From assembly GCA_032718475.1 (NCBI GenBank), contig JAUCBJ010003589.1:1-49354 (forward strand): 49,354 bases of DNA. The letters run 5' to 3'. Origin of the DNA: Nemertoderma westbladi. Its lineage: Eukaryota; Animalia; Xenacoelomorpha. The translations under genes were made by a program, and so were the position numbers. The notes below the pieces were generated by a model, which saw only the letters and a list, made by a program, of their open reading frames with translations, searched no databases and was not told where the DNA came from. This document shows positions 21,594 through 32,360 of the stretch, piece by piece; the first letter of the stretch is position 1; each line of letters opens with the position of its first letter.

Positions 21594-23642
21594 ATGGAAC
21601 CAGCAAATAACACAGAGCTGGACATGGAGTGCTCAATGTGTCTCGGCATCCTATACAACCCTAGGGTTCTCACTTGCCAACACACATACTGTTTCCGATG
21701 CATTAAAGGGATTTCTAACATAACCACGAGTGGAACGGCAATAGAATGCCCCCAATGCAGAAAAGTAACAATAGTAGACTACATTGAGTCTTTATCAACA
21801 AATCATCTTATTGCTTCTATTGTAGAAAGAATTAGGTCAACGAAAACCTGTGAATCTTGTAACTCAAAGAAAGGCATAAAGCCATGCGAAGGTTGTCTTC
21901 TCGAGTTGTGTAAGGATTGTGAGTTGTTCCATGTTTGTGACGATGGTGGTCGTATTAGACCAGATGATGTTGGGTCTGAGGATACGTTATGCGGGGCTGT
22001 TGGTGGTGCTGATGCTAAAGGGGAAAAAGGGGGGAAAAATATGTGTTATAAACATCGATTAGCTAAGAGGCATTACTGCAAGGAATGTGATTCAGTTGTT
22101 TGCCGAAGATGTCATTTAGAAAACAAAGGTAACAAGAGTCATGACATAATGCCTTCTGTTAATGTTGCTGAAAGCTTTCGGAAAAAACTACAAGAAAGTC
22201 CTGGAAATGCATCTTTTCAATTACGCTCCCGTTTAGCCATGCTTGACGATGTTTCAGATGAGTTAGATGAAGTAACAGATGTTTGTATTGATGATATTGA
22301 ACGTCATATTTCTAAAATAACATCCAGGCTAAATACGGCAATGGTAAGTTTGAAACAGAGCGTAATTGTGAAAAATGAAGAGACAAAAAGAAATATTATG
22401 AAATCTCGAAGAAACTTAGAAAATATTTTAATACCCAAAGAATCTGAATATTATTGCAAATTAGATAACTCACAACTTATCAATGAACTAGATGGAGCTA
22501 AACGATTAATTGATCGATTTGAAAATATTTATGAGAAAATTGGTGAGGTTGAAATCATTGAGGTACCTGCAATGCGATTTGTAACGACAGAAGATTATGA
22601 AATATCAAATGGATTGGATAGAATTATTGGAAAGATAGAGATCGATGCGGTTGTACATGAACAAAATGAAGCAATTCCTAAAGTAAATGAGAAACTTGCA
22701 ACTGAACCGCTACAGAACGGTGTTGATATACCGCCGCTAAATAACATCTTCATTAACATTTACGAGAAAAGCATTCTTGAAAAACCAAAACTCATTGAAA
22801 CTTGTAGGATTGACTGCAAAAAAATGGGCGTTTCAACAGTTGGAACGATTGGTTGGGATGGTGTATATTGTATAACAGACACTAAGAAACAACAGCTGGT
22901 TTTCCGTCAACTGGATTACTCCACAACCGGCAATATATTATCGATTAATCGAGATCCCGTCAACTTACATCCACCACCCGAATGCATCAAGCCGGGGAAA
23001 CCAATAAAACACATTGATGGTTGGGTCGGAAAATGGATAGCCGCCACTGAAAACTGTATTTATGGTGTAAACAATGGCAAAGTGAAACATTTGTGTATTA
23101 GAAAACACAAAAGTATAGAAGTTGGGTCTATTGTGGGGGTAGGTGTTCACCAGAATGTAGGGTTTCTTGCCTGTAATAGTAACTACGTTGTTGTTGTTGG
23201 CATGGATAACGTTGAGGTTAAAGATGTGTGTCTTTTAAATCACCCCGGTGTATTAGCTAGTTGTTGGGGGTACCGTTACTATGGTTTTTTTGAAGTCGAT
23301 AAGGGAATGTTTACCGTATATTGTTACAACTTCCATGAAGAAGGCGGGTCAAATAAACAACACGTTTCCTTAGCTTGTGAGTATAACGCAATTGATTGTG
23401 GAAAATCAACTCCTATGACCGGATTGTGTCAGTTTGATAATGGCAGCTATTGGATAGTTCCTTTACAAGAAGATGGTAAAGATATTATTGCTGTTTATAA
23501 CGTTTGTGTTGGGTCTAATAAGGTTGAAAGATTAGGTACTATTAACGTAAAAGGCTTTGGAGGGGCTGTTTGTGCTTATGGGGTGAAGGGTTTCTTTGTT
23601 TCTGAAACTAATACCAATAATTTCATTCACATTAAATATTAA
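21594..23642 (+). CDS. TRIM-family E3 ligase (RING, two B-boxes, coiled coil, divergent beta-propeller-like C-terminus), single coding exon
   Basis: C3HC4 RING CSMC..CQHTYCFRC..CPQC; B-boxes CESC..CEGC..CKDC..H and CYKH..YCKEC..VCRRC..H; helical segment; beta-strand-rich tail. First ATG is 21594, just after a TTTTGTAG acceptor. Confidence 0.9.
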   Translation: MEPANNTELDMECSMCLGILYNPRVLTCQHTYCFRCIKGISNITTSGTAIECPQCRKVTIVDYIESLSTNHLIASIVERIRSTKTCESCNSKKGIKPCEGCLLELCKDCELFHVCDDGGRIRPDDVGSEDTLCGAVGGADAKGEKGGKNMCYKHRLAKRHYCKECDSVVCRRCHLENKGNKSHDIMPSVNVAESFRKKLQESPGNASFQLRSRLAMLDDVSDELDEVTDVCIDDIERHISKITSRLNTAMVSLKQSVIVKNEETKRNIMKSRRNLENILIPKESEYYCKLDNSQLINELDGAKRLIDRFENIYEKIGEVEIIEVPAMRFVTTEDYEISNGLDRIIGKIEIDAVVHEQNEAIPKVNEKLATEPLQNGVDIPPLNNIFINIYEKSILEKPKLIETCRIDCKKMGVSTVGTIGWDGVYCITDTKKQQLVFRQLDYSTTGNILSINRDPVNLHPPPECIKPGKPIKHIDGWVGKWIAATENCIYGVNNGKVKHLCIRKHKSIEVGSIVGVGVHQNVGFLACNSNYVVVVGMDNVEVKDVCLLNHPGVLASCWGYRYYGFFEVDKGMFTVYCYNFHEEGGSNKQHVSLACEYNAIDCGKSTPMTGLCQFDNGSYWIVPLQEDGKDIIAVYNVCVGSNKVERLGTINVKGFGGAVCAYGVKGFFVSETNTNNFIHIKY

Positions 23643-24939
23643 ATCATATGCTAATTGCTTAATGTATAATGTTATATCTTGTAGCTAAAGTTAGTTTAAG
23701 TAGGCCTATATACATATCAATTGAATTGTATTTTACATTTTAGTGAATAGAGATTTGAATCAAACATTTTTTGATATTTGTTTTTTTGTAATAAGCAACA
23801 AGTTCGAAAATTTTGTCAGACATTATAAATCGATATTTTGGCCAACCAAAAACAAAGGTTATTATTGGTATCTTAGGTGAATGAGTTGAGTGGTTTCGGC
23901 CAAGTACAATAGGATTGAGCACAATGACAGCAGACGATGGTATTGACGGATGGGAGGCCATGAGGAGGTAAATTGCAGACATACAAGGTATCATATAGTA
24001 TTTACAGGTCTATCTTTTACCTGAGCTGCTAGATGAATGGGGTAGAGCGCATTAATTATATATTATTAAAATCAGATTTAACTTAATAATGATAGAGACA
24101 AAGGGGGGGAGGGGGGGGGGGTTGAGGCAAATCCCATCTTGGCTAATTATTGATATCTCGTCCCGGGGATTAACAATATTATCATCTATAAGAAAGATAC
24201 TTATTTTAAGTTATTTTTGAGATGTTTGCGTCGATTTTCCCCTGGAAAGAATACAATTTTAATTTCGTCAACAGCGCCCCCTTCCTATTATTAGTATTAA
24301 TTAATATTATTTGATTACCAATATTTTATAACTCCAGATATTATATAACTCTAGGACTTATAGAACATAGTACCGGTATTTATTTGATAAAAACTAAAAA
24401 TAAATAATTAATAAATAGTTCTAGAAATCCTTGTTAACTTTAACTACATTTTAATGATACTGTGGACATTATCTTAATAATGACATTAAAGTTTAATAAA
24501 GTATCTTAAAATTATATTATATTAGATTATATCATTTATAACCAAATTATGTTATTCGACACTCCGGTGACAACAACGTGGCGGTACAGGTAATTTGGAA
24601 ATTTTGGATGGAAATGTCATGGTGTGGGGACTCTGTGCTTTAGTGCAGGTGAAAATTAACCGCTGTGCGTCGATTGCGAAAACAGTGGCCGTATTTTTTT
24701 CGTAATTACGTCGAAACATGAGCGAAGCATACGGATGGACTAACAAAATTTGCCTGTATTTAATTATGTTAGGACTATTATACAGCACATCAGAAACAAG
24801 ACAGGCGGGTTTACGAAATAGTTTACATGTATTATTCCTAACAAAGTGTTGAGTTTGAATTACTTATTTAATGAAACATTTGGGATTACAAATTAAATTC
24901 AATTAACAATATGTTACTTGATATTTTTAGTTCACATTA

Positions 24940-25535
24940 TCACACCAGATTCTGAGTTATTAACGGCAGATGTTTCGCAACCCTAACAACTTTGTCTCCT
25001 TTTGACGTAAGTCGAGACTTTTTCCCCGGTTTCTCATTAGCAATTTCTTTCAGAATATCTTTTGAATGATCGCCAGTGTCGGCGTTATTAGAGTCATTAT
25101 TCCGAACTAAGTTTTCTTGTTTCAGAACATCTTTATAAATTAAATCAATCTTTGATACTCGAAGTGTTTCTTTATAATTGTTATGACGACCAGAGGATTT
25201 AGATAAGACTTTTCTCACACTGCCAAGGTAACGGGCAGACTGACTTTGAAGGACTACATCCTTATAATACTGGTCTATTTGTTGACGGGTACTAAGAGAG
25301 TCTTTGTAAACATCCCGTTGTAACAAAGTTTTAGATTCTGTTGAACCGGGCCTATTGTAAACAACACCGACTAGGTTATTGTGTAACGGCTGGCCGTGGA
25401 CTTGGCAGAACGCCGGAGCCGATTGTGGAACACGGACGTAGGTTTCACGAGGGTCCGACTCACAAGCCTCATCCTTAACCCGAACCTTATTGAGCAGTTC
25501 TACAGCAAACTCAGGTAGCGGGTAGTCTCTGTCTT
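24940..25535 (-). CDS. Unrecognised two-exon gene, exon 2
   Basis: Acceptor TTCTTATATTATAG at 25536. Open frame (E)DRDYPLPEFAVELL...TQNLV*, phase-compatible with the exon 1 donor. Confidence 0.65.
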
Positions 25536-25856
25536 CTATAATATAAGAAGTTATATAATATTTAATTGACGCAAATCCAATGTCAGCGAATTAATATCTT
25601 GTCTCGACAAATTACCAATGTTACAGTATTATAATCAAAACAATAAACGAAAGTCAATAGAACAGGTTACAGTTTAATTTTTGATCGAAATCTGCTGCAG
25701 TTTGCATAGATTTTCTCCTGAAGAGGGATAAATGTTTGGAAGCGCCTATAGGGAATAATGGAGAAATGGAAAATATATGAAAATAAAAAAACGCGGAAAA
25801 TTCAAATAAACAAATAGTAGTTTCTTCAAAATACATAAAATTTATATTTTAGAGAA

Positions 25857-26339
25857 AATATATGCTGTTGTTACGGAATATATGCTGTTGTTACGGAATA
25901 TATGCTGTTGTTACGGAATATATGCTGTTGTTACGGAATATATGCTGTTGTTACGAAATATATGCTGTTGTTACGGAATATATGCTGTTGTTACGGAATA
26001 TATGCTGTTGTTACGGAATATATGCTGTTGTTACGGAATATATGCTGTTGTTACGGAATATATGCTGTTGTTACGGAATATATGCTGTTGTTACGGAATA
26101 TATGCTGTTGTTACGGAATATATGCTGTTGTTACGGAATATATGCTGTTGTTACGGAATATATGCTGTTGTTACGGAATATATGCTGTTGTTACGGAATA
26201 TATGCTGTTGTTACGGAATATATGCTGTTGTTACGGAATATATGCTGTTGTTACGGAATATATGCTGTTGTTACGGAATATATGCTGTTGTTACGGAATA
26301 TATGCTGTTGTTACGGAATATATGCTGTTGTTACGGAAT
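25857..26339. repeat. 20-bp minisatellite (AATATATGCTGTTGTTACGG) x~24
   Basis: Near-perfect copies, one variant at ~25956; lies in the intron of the two-exon gene. Confidence 0.98.
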
Positions 26340-27257
26340 TTTAGTACTGTATGTTATATGTATATGCCCACATTAATATTTCGGAATATAATCTTAAGAT
26401 CATTAGAATATAAATAGATTCTAGAACATAATATTTAAGCAATTTTGGAAATTAATCCGTATTTGTCCCCCATGTTGCAAAATTAAGAAACATTGACTAT
26501 AATGTCTATAACCATAATTGTATTTTTTTGTAGTTGCGGCATTGAAGTGTGAGCAGTTGGCTTGTAACCTAGGTAATAAGAAAATAATATGTAATGATTA
26601 TATAATTTATATTAAATAATTTAATTAAACATGGGTGCTATTATTATTATTATGTTTATTATCGTACATATTATGATATAGTACAGTCAATCATCATTTA
26701 AATTTAAATAAATCATAATTAAAAAAACGACTTCCAGGACAAATTATTACCTTACATGGTTGATAAGTCCATGGGATAATTTTACAACCAATCATGTATT
26801 TTCTTATTACCATGGCAACCGATAACATTATTTTGTATATTGAATTTCCGTCACAAACATATATTCAACAAGTGAAGTCATTATTCTGTTGTTACCATAG
26901 CAACTGGCATATATATTATTTAAGTAGTTCGTATTTGGCAATTTATTGACATCAGGAAGTTAACCATATCAAATGTTATTGAAAAAAATTGTGGGTCATC
27001 CGGGCGTTTTTAGTACCAACAACCATAGCAACATGAGTTATATTCTGGAACACATTATAAAACTAATAAAACATTGCAGTAGTAAACAAATATACTCGCT
27101 AAATGTTAATAACAATCCTAAAATATAATTAAAGGAACTCGAAATAGCTTAGATTATAACAACTAATAACGTAGTTGCTTCAAAATTCATAAAAATTTGT
27201 ATTTTTAGAAAAATAAACGTTGACATCGATCCACCTGTGTAGTTATAGTGAACTAAC

Positions 27258-27720
27258 CTAAATGCCTCAGTCGCAATAAACTAGACCTTGTTTGTCTCCC
27301 TTGAGCAATTTCGTTGCTAAGGACTACGTCAGGTGTCTCTGTAAGGGTGAGGTACTTGAGACCCCGCCTGGGATCGGGATCCTGGGCGGGACCCGCTTTC
27401 AGCTTACGGATCATCGTGTAACTGGTTGACGGTCGTCTGGGCAACGGTGGATGCCAACCAATCGCCTGTCTGCGTTTAAATGGAGACATAACTTTAGTCT
27501 CGAATAGATTGTTTCTACCCGAGTGAGTTGGTTTGAAAGCGACATTAATCGTCCATTCTGGCAAGGTTGTTTGCCGTAACCATCGCAACCGGTGGGACTC
27601 CAATTCCGCATTAACAGCTGTCATAAACTCTCCGTCACTTTCTTTATCGTAGTTGAACAGTGATAGGCTGTTACCACGGCAACCAACATTGCCACCATGC
27701 AACCGTTTTTCTCCCGGCAT
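27258..27720 (-). CDS. Unrecognised two-exon gene, exon 1 (joined product ~352 aa)
   Basis: ATG at 27720, 154 codons plus G, donor G|GTTAGT at 27257. G+AA gives Glu in frame with exon 2. Confidence 0.65.
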
Positions 27721-27896
27721 TTCGTACCAAAATAAGACAAATTTAATAACTCGAATATTTTATACTAATTTACCGTAACTAAGAAGCTGAGCAAGTCAAT
27801 AATATAGTAAAATGTATAATGTCTCTCGATTACAATATATATCCTACAATTACTTAGTACGATATTCCTTCAACTTAATTTCCAGAAATTACAATT

Positions 27897-27910
27897 GTTC
27901 CCATAGTAAC
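27897..27910. promoter_or_regulatory. RFX X-box-like motif
   Basis: GTTCCCATAGTAAC about 180 bp upstream of ATG 27720. A second, GTTACCATAGCAAC, is at 26891-26904. Confidence 0.5.
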
Positions 27911-28058
27911 CAAAACAACTTTTATGGGTAGGCCCTAATATTGCGGTACACTTGCATGGCGAAATAATTTATGAGTGAAAGTTAAAAACGAAAAAAATAT
28001 TAACCACAAAAGTAAATATAATTGAGTTTTTAATCACAATTTATAAGGAAGGGAACAG

Positions 28059-28100
28059 CCATGACCTACTACTATGTATATTTATTATAGTAGGTCATGG
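28059..28100. mobile_element. 42-bp minimal TIR element with 5-bp TSD
   Basis: AACAG-CCATGACCTACTA...TAGTAGGTCATGG-AACAG. Confidence 0.75.
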
Positions 28101-29588
28101 AACAGCAGTTGATAAAGGTGATATAATTGTTCTATTAGAAAAAAACTTGAACTTTCTTTTAAAGTTTATAATTTAGAATTAAAAGTGATATACAACAGAG
28201 GGTAATATTGTAAGAAATACAATTAGCCGAACGAACGAAATGTAGAAATAAAAATTTTATACTACTGTGGTGGGTAAAGTAGCGCTTTACAGTTTTATGA
28301 TTTGAGTATTTTTTAACACGAACGCACGCAGCGAGTGTGTGTAAATAAATAACGAACTGTGCAGCACTAAGAAACTATATTTTACGATAAAAACCGCAGC
28401 TAAATATGTTTGTGTTAAAATAAGTATAAAGTTTTCTATATCCCGCTATGTAGGCGTGAAGTTTCAGGGTAAAGTTTGTGCTTTTTATCCCGGCGGTAGA
28501 AAAAATGGATTAAATACCTCTTCTTTATATTTCCGAGAAAAAAGGTACCATGATACAGCTGAGATACCAGATAGCAACGGAGTGCATGACAGACAAGCAA
28601 AAAAAGCAAACAGTCGGCCGAAGCCAGAGGCGACCCAAAGGCTCCTCTTTCGATAGCTGCTACCCGAGGGTAGGGGTGGTCGCTACTCCTATCCCAAGAT
28701 TTGACAGCAAGGCATGACAGACAGCTGATCGCAACTGTAATTAGTTGACTGATGTCATAATCGTGAATAATACTGATATAATAATAGTTTAAATATAAAA
28801 TTATTTAAAACAATTTAAGACATAAGGGAAAGAAGCACTTTACAATGACATTGTTTTCAAACCAAAACAATCTATGAAACTTTATTTCATATGCGAATAT
28901 AAGAAAGAGATCTCATAGATAGAGATCTCATTACCCAATTTGGGCCACTTTTCTGGTACAATAAGTAGCTGCATATTCACCTAACAGGATAGTAAAGTAC
29001 AACAAACTTTATAATATCAAATACGTTGATCCACGTTACTAAAGTTAAACAATTTGTTCAATTATATTTCGACCTTATTAGATTGTTTATAATGAGTGTT
29101 GGCAACAACTGGCAAGACACACGATTGATGTATTTATAATAAAACGCTCAATTGATTGCGCGAGGCCCGAATACCAAGTTGTATAACTAAGTGTTGGATG
29201 TATTTATTCATTAACGTTTCGTTATTTGGCTGGCTTAAACGACGGTGTTAGACACCCTAAGTAATTCTCTAATCATTTAATTGATATCTCCTGCGTAATA
29301 TTGTCATTATATTATTGTTATGAAGGAAAGAATATTATCTTGCCAGATCAAGTTTGGTTACGTGGAACAAAATCCCAAGGTCACCCTTAAAACCTAAAAT
29401 AAATATAGAACAACCAAGTAAAAGTGATTATCAAGCATATATTTCACATTATTTTACAAACATCGTGAAAAAAATCAGAATTTTTTTACAATTACTAGCG
29501 GTTAATTTATACGGATTACGATATTGTTTAATCTTCCATAAAAATAAGTTCCTTATCGTTTTTGTTGGCTGTTATCAAATTCGGCAAT

Positions 29589-29648
29589 GACGTCCAGGTG
29601 GGATCGAACTAGTGACCTTCAGGTTGGAAGTCGGGCAACCTTAACAAT
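29589..29648 (-). mobile_element. tRNA-derived SINE head fragment
   Basis: Minus strand reads GTTAAGGTTGCCCGACTTCCAACCTGAAGGTCACTAGTTCGATCCCACC. B box present, A box incomplete. Confidence 0.5.
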
Positions 29649-30762
29649 TCCCAAATAGCAGCTCACTCTTTGATAAATGGTAGACTTGTAAATACCTCCA
29701 GAAACTGCCCTGTTAACATGTACTATCCTCAAAACTGGAGAATCGATAGATTTCTGTAACAATCGCTAATGAATTCCGCAGATTTTCTAAAACTCGCCAG
29801 GATTTGATGCGTCTGTTAGACTATATAAACCCATCGGTGGTGGCAAATTGCGAATTATAAAACTTCTGTGTTTCAATAATCTGAAATACAAAATTTAATA
29901 AGATTAATTGATTAAAAAGTAAACGCTGCTTAGGAAATTATTATAAAATAAGAATATTCTTCTTATAAAATAAAGTAGATTTTACTTATCTGCCAGCGCC
30001 GTAAATACGTGAAGCAAGTCCTAAACTGGACAATAAATATTACAATATATTTGATCTGGTAAAATTATCCTGTTTCAAGATATATTGTGAACCCCTAGGG
30101 ATGAATAAACCAGAATGTAAAAAATCCACGAGACAATGAAATATTTATCTAGCCTTCAGGAAGAAACATCAATGATGTGATTTATAAGTTTTTATTCCAA
30201 AATTGTAACATTACTCAGCGCCGTTAGAATTAACAGCGAGTTGTTATTTAGCACTTTACAACTTTAGAGGACATACAGTCTGTAGTACATTTAGTATTGT
30301 ATTTGGTGTATCCGTTAAGTAATGTCCCCTTAGTGGACATTACTTAACGCCGTCATTGGAACCACGTAAACAGTGGGTGGAAATTTGCCTGACAGCCAAA
30401 TTAATAATTAACCAGCCCCTTATTAATCAACCCTATTAATAACCAGTAGGGCCTAGCTATATTATTATAACATGGCTCCAAACGCCACCATAAATATAAG
30501 CTAACTTATTTATAACATAATTTATGTCATTTTTACATTTATTTATACAGCAACTAATATAATTTGTACAGTTTCTATCACTTATAATATATATGTACAT
30601 CCATTTCGTATAAAACTACATACATACTTGTTGCAAAGTACTTTACAGTGTTCTGATCCTCGTGGCTTTATTTTCACTCACTCACTAACGTTCGTTCGTG
30701 TAACAAAGCCTTTCGGATCATCACACTGTAAAGTGCTACTTTACACACAAGTTGAGGAGAAT

Positions 30763-31006
30763 GGTTGGGTGCAATCTTCGCCCGCCTCCAACCTTCGCCC
30801 GCGTTAACCTTCGCCCAGGGGAAACCTTATAAGATTTGTGTTAGTAACCATTTTAGTAACAAATTGAGGGAAAGCAGCAGGCTACAGAGACGGCTTTTTC
30901 TAACCAAAACAAAAAAAGATGGTGTTACTAATTGAGGGTGTTACTAAAATCGGGCGAAGATTGCCTGCGGGCGAAGATTGTACGCGGGCGAAGTTTGCTG
31001 CGTACC
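30763..31006. mobile_element. Mutator-like MITE
   Basis: 9-bp TSD GAGGAGAAT on both sides, GGT...ACC ends, inverted subterminal CTTCGCCC / GGGCGAAG repeats. Confidence 0.75.
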
Positions 31007-31192
31007 GAGGAGAATGGTTATAGGGACACTAATTATTGTACCTCTACACAGGAGCTCTCATCTGGACTTATACCACTCACATGTTATTAATTATAAGTTT
31101 AAAATGACATTGTATCAACAACGAAGCCCCCGTAACTAGATACACCTACAACCAACAGTATCAATGTAGCAACATACGTTAAAACTTTCAGT

Positions 31193-31348
31193 TTATGTGT
31201 CTGTAACGTGTTGTTTGACATCTTGATTACTCTTCCAGAGTTTAACCGTTGCTTCGCTGGCTGTTAACATACAGGGTAGAGTTGGATGGTAGGCTATAGA
31301 ATGTACCGCGCGTTTACCAGTAGAGGGCAGTGTGTGTTTAACGTCAGT
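31193..31348 (-). CDS. WDR83: WDR83/MORG1 exon 7 (last)
   Basis: TDVKHTLP...VHSIAYHPTLPCMLTA...LWK...*; acceptor TTTCAG. Confidence 0.9.
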   Translation of the reverse strand, partial: TDVKHTLPSTGKRAVHSIAYHPTLPCMLTASEATVKLWKSNQDVKQHVTDT

Positions 31349-32261
31349 CTGAAACATACAAAACCAAAAGTCAGTAAATACTAATAACAAAAAAATACTT
31401 CGCGTAGCACTTAAAGCTATTGGCAGATTTCCGGAAACAGGTTTTTTCTTCAAATTTAAGTTCCTGTAACCATGCAGGGACAGGATACGATACGATACGA
31501 AAACGGATTTTCGTATTTCGTATCGCAGTATTTTAATCGTATCGAATTTCGTATCGTATCATACAAATTAACTTCGTATAATACGAATAAATATTTTTCG
31601 TATTTTCGTAACTTATTATTTTGTAAATATTAATGTTTTCAACAGTCAAACCCGAGATCAACACCACTTATTTCTTTTGTAGATAAAATGATAAAATGTG
31701 TAAGGAGGATCGTTACTCACATTGAAATAAACTGTAGAAAAATGATAAAAAGACCACTGAAATATATAATCTAATTAATACAGTTCAAATAAACTTGTGA
31801 GGAGAACTCTAATCGAGCTTATAAGGCATTTATTATAAGAAGGGATCTAGGGGTCTTAACCTCGAATGATAAGTTTATTTTTACCGAAAATAACTTATCT
31901 TTTATTGGCGCAATTGTAGGACTAATCCCATCACATGCGTACGTGGTTTGGAGAGATATGAGATATTAATTTCAAGAAAAATTACGCGATTCCTAAATTT
32001 GTACACTACCCGGTTAAAAAGTACGCATGTGATGGGATTAGTCCTACAATTGCGCCAATAAAAGATAAGTTATTTTCGGTAAAAATAAACTTATCATTCG
32101 AGGTTAAGACCCCTAGATCCCTTCCTATAATAAATGTATAATAACAAACACCTCGAAAAATACAGCTTGCCAACACATTGTTACTATCAATAATAAAAAA
32201 AGCAGGGGCTAATAAAATGGCAGCTGTCTTTGAAATTAATACTCCATATCTCAAGAACCTG

Positions 32262-32314
32262 TGGCCTAGTGGTTGTAGTCTCGGCTTCCGCCTCGAGGTC
32301 CCAGGTTCGAATCC
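32262..32314 (+). promoter_or_regulatory. tRNA-type internal Pol III promoter
   Basis: A box TGGCCTAGTGG at 32262-32272 and B box GGTTCGAATCC at 32304-32314, with tRNA-like spacing. Confidence 0.8.
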
Positions 32315-32317
32315 GAC

Positions 32318-32360
32318 ACCACGCTGATGAGACCCAGTAAGGTCGAAACGCGTACGTGGT
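32318..32360 (+). ncRNA. Minimal type I hammerhead ribozyme
   Basis: Stem I ACCACG/CGTGGT, core CTGATGA, stem II GACC-cagtaa-GGTC, GAAA, palindromic stem III ACGCGT, cleavage triplet GUA (cut after 32354). Confidence 0.92.

Noticed and set aside
25857-26339. CRISPR-like array, or ORFs of 160-171 aa
   Set aside because: Pure 20-bp tandem repeat with no spacers; the ORFs are translations of the repeat.
32255-32323. Functional tRNA-Gly gene
   Set aside because: A and B boxes are present, but the acceptor and T stems do not pair and the 3' side is hammerhead stem I.
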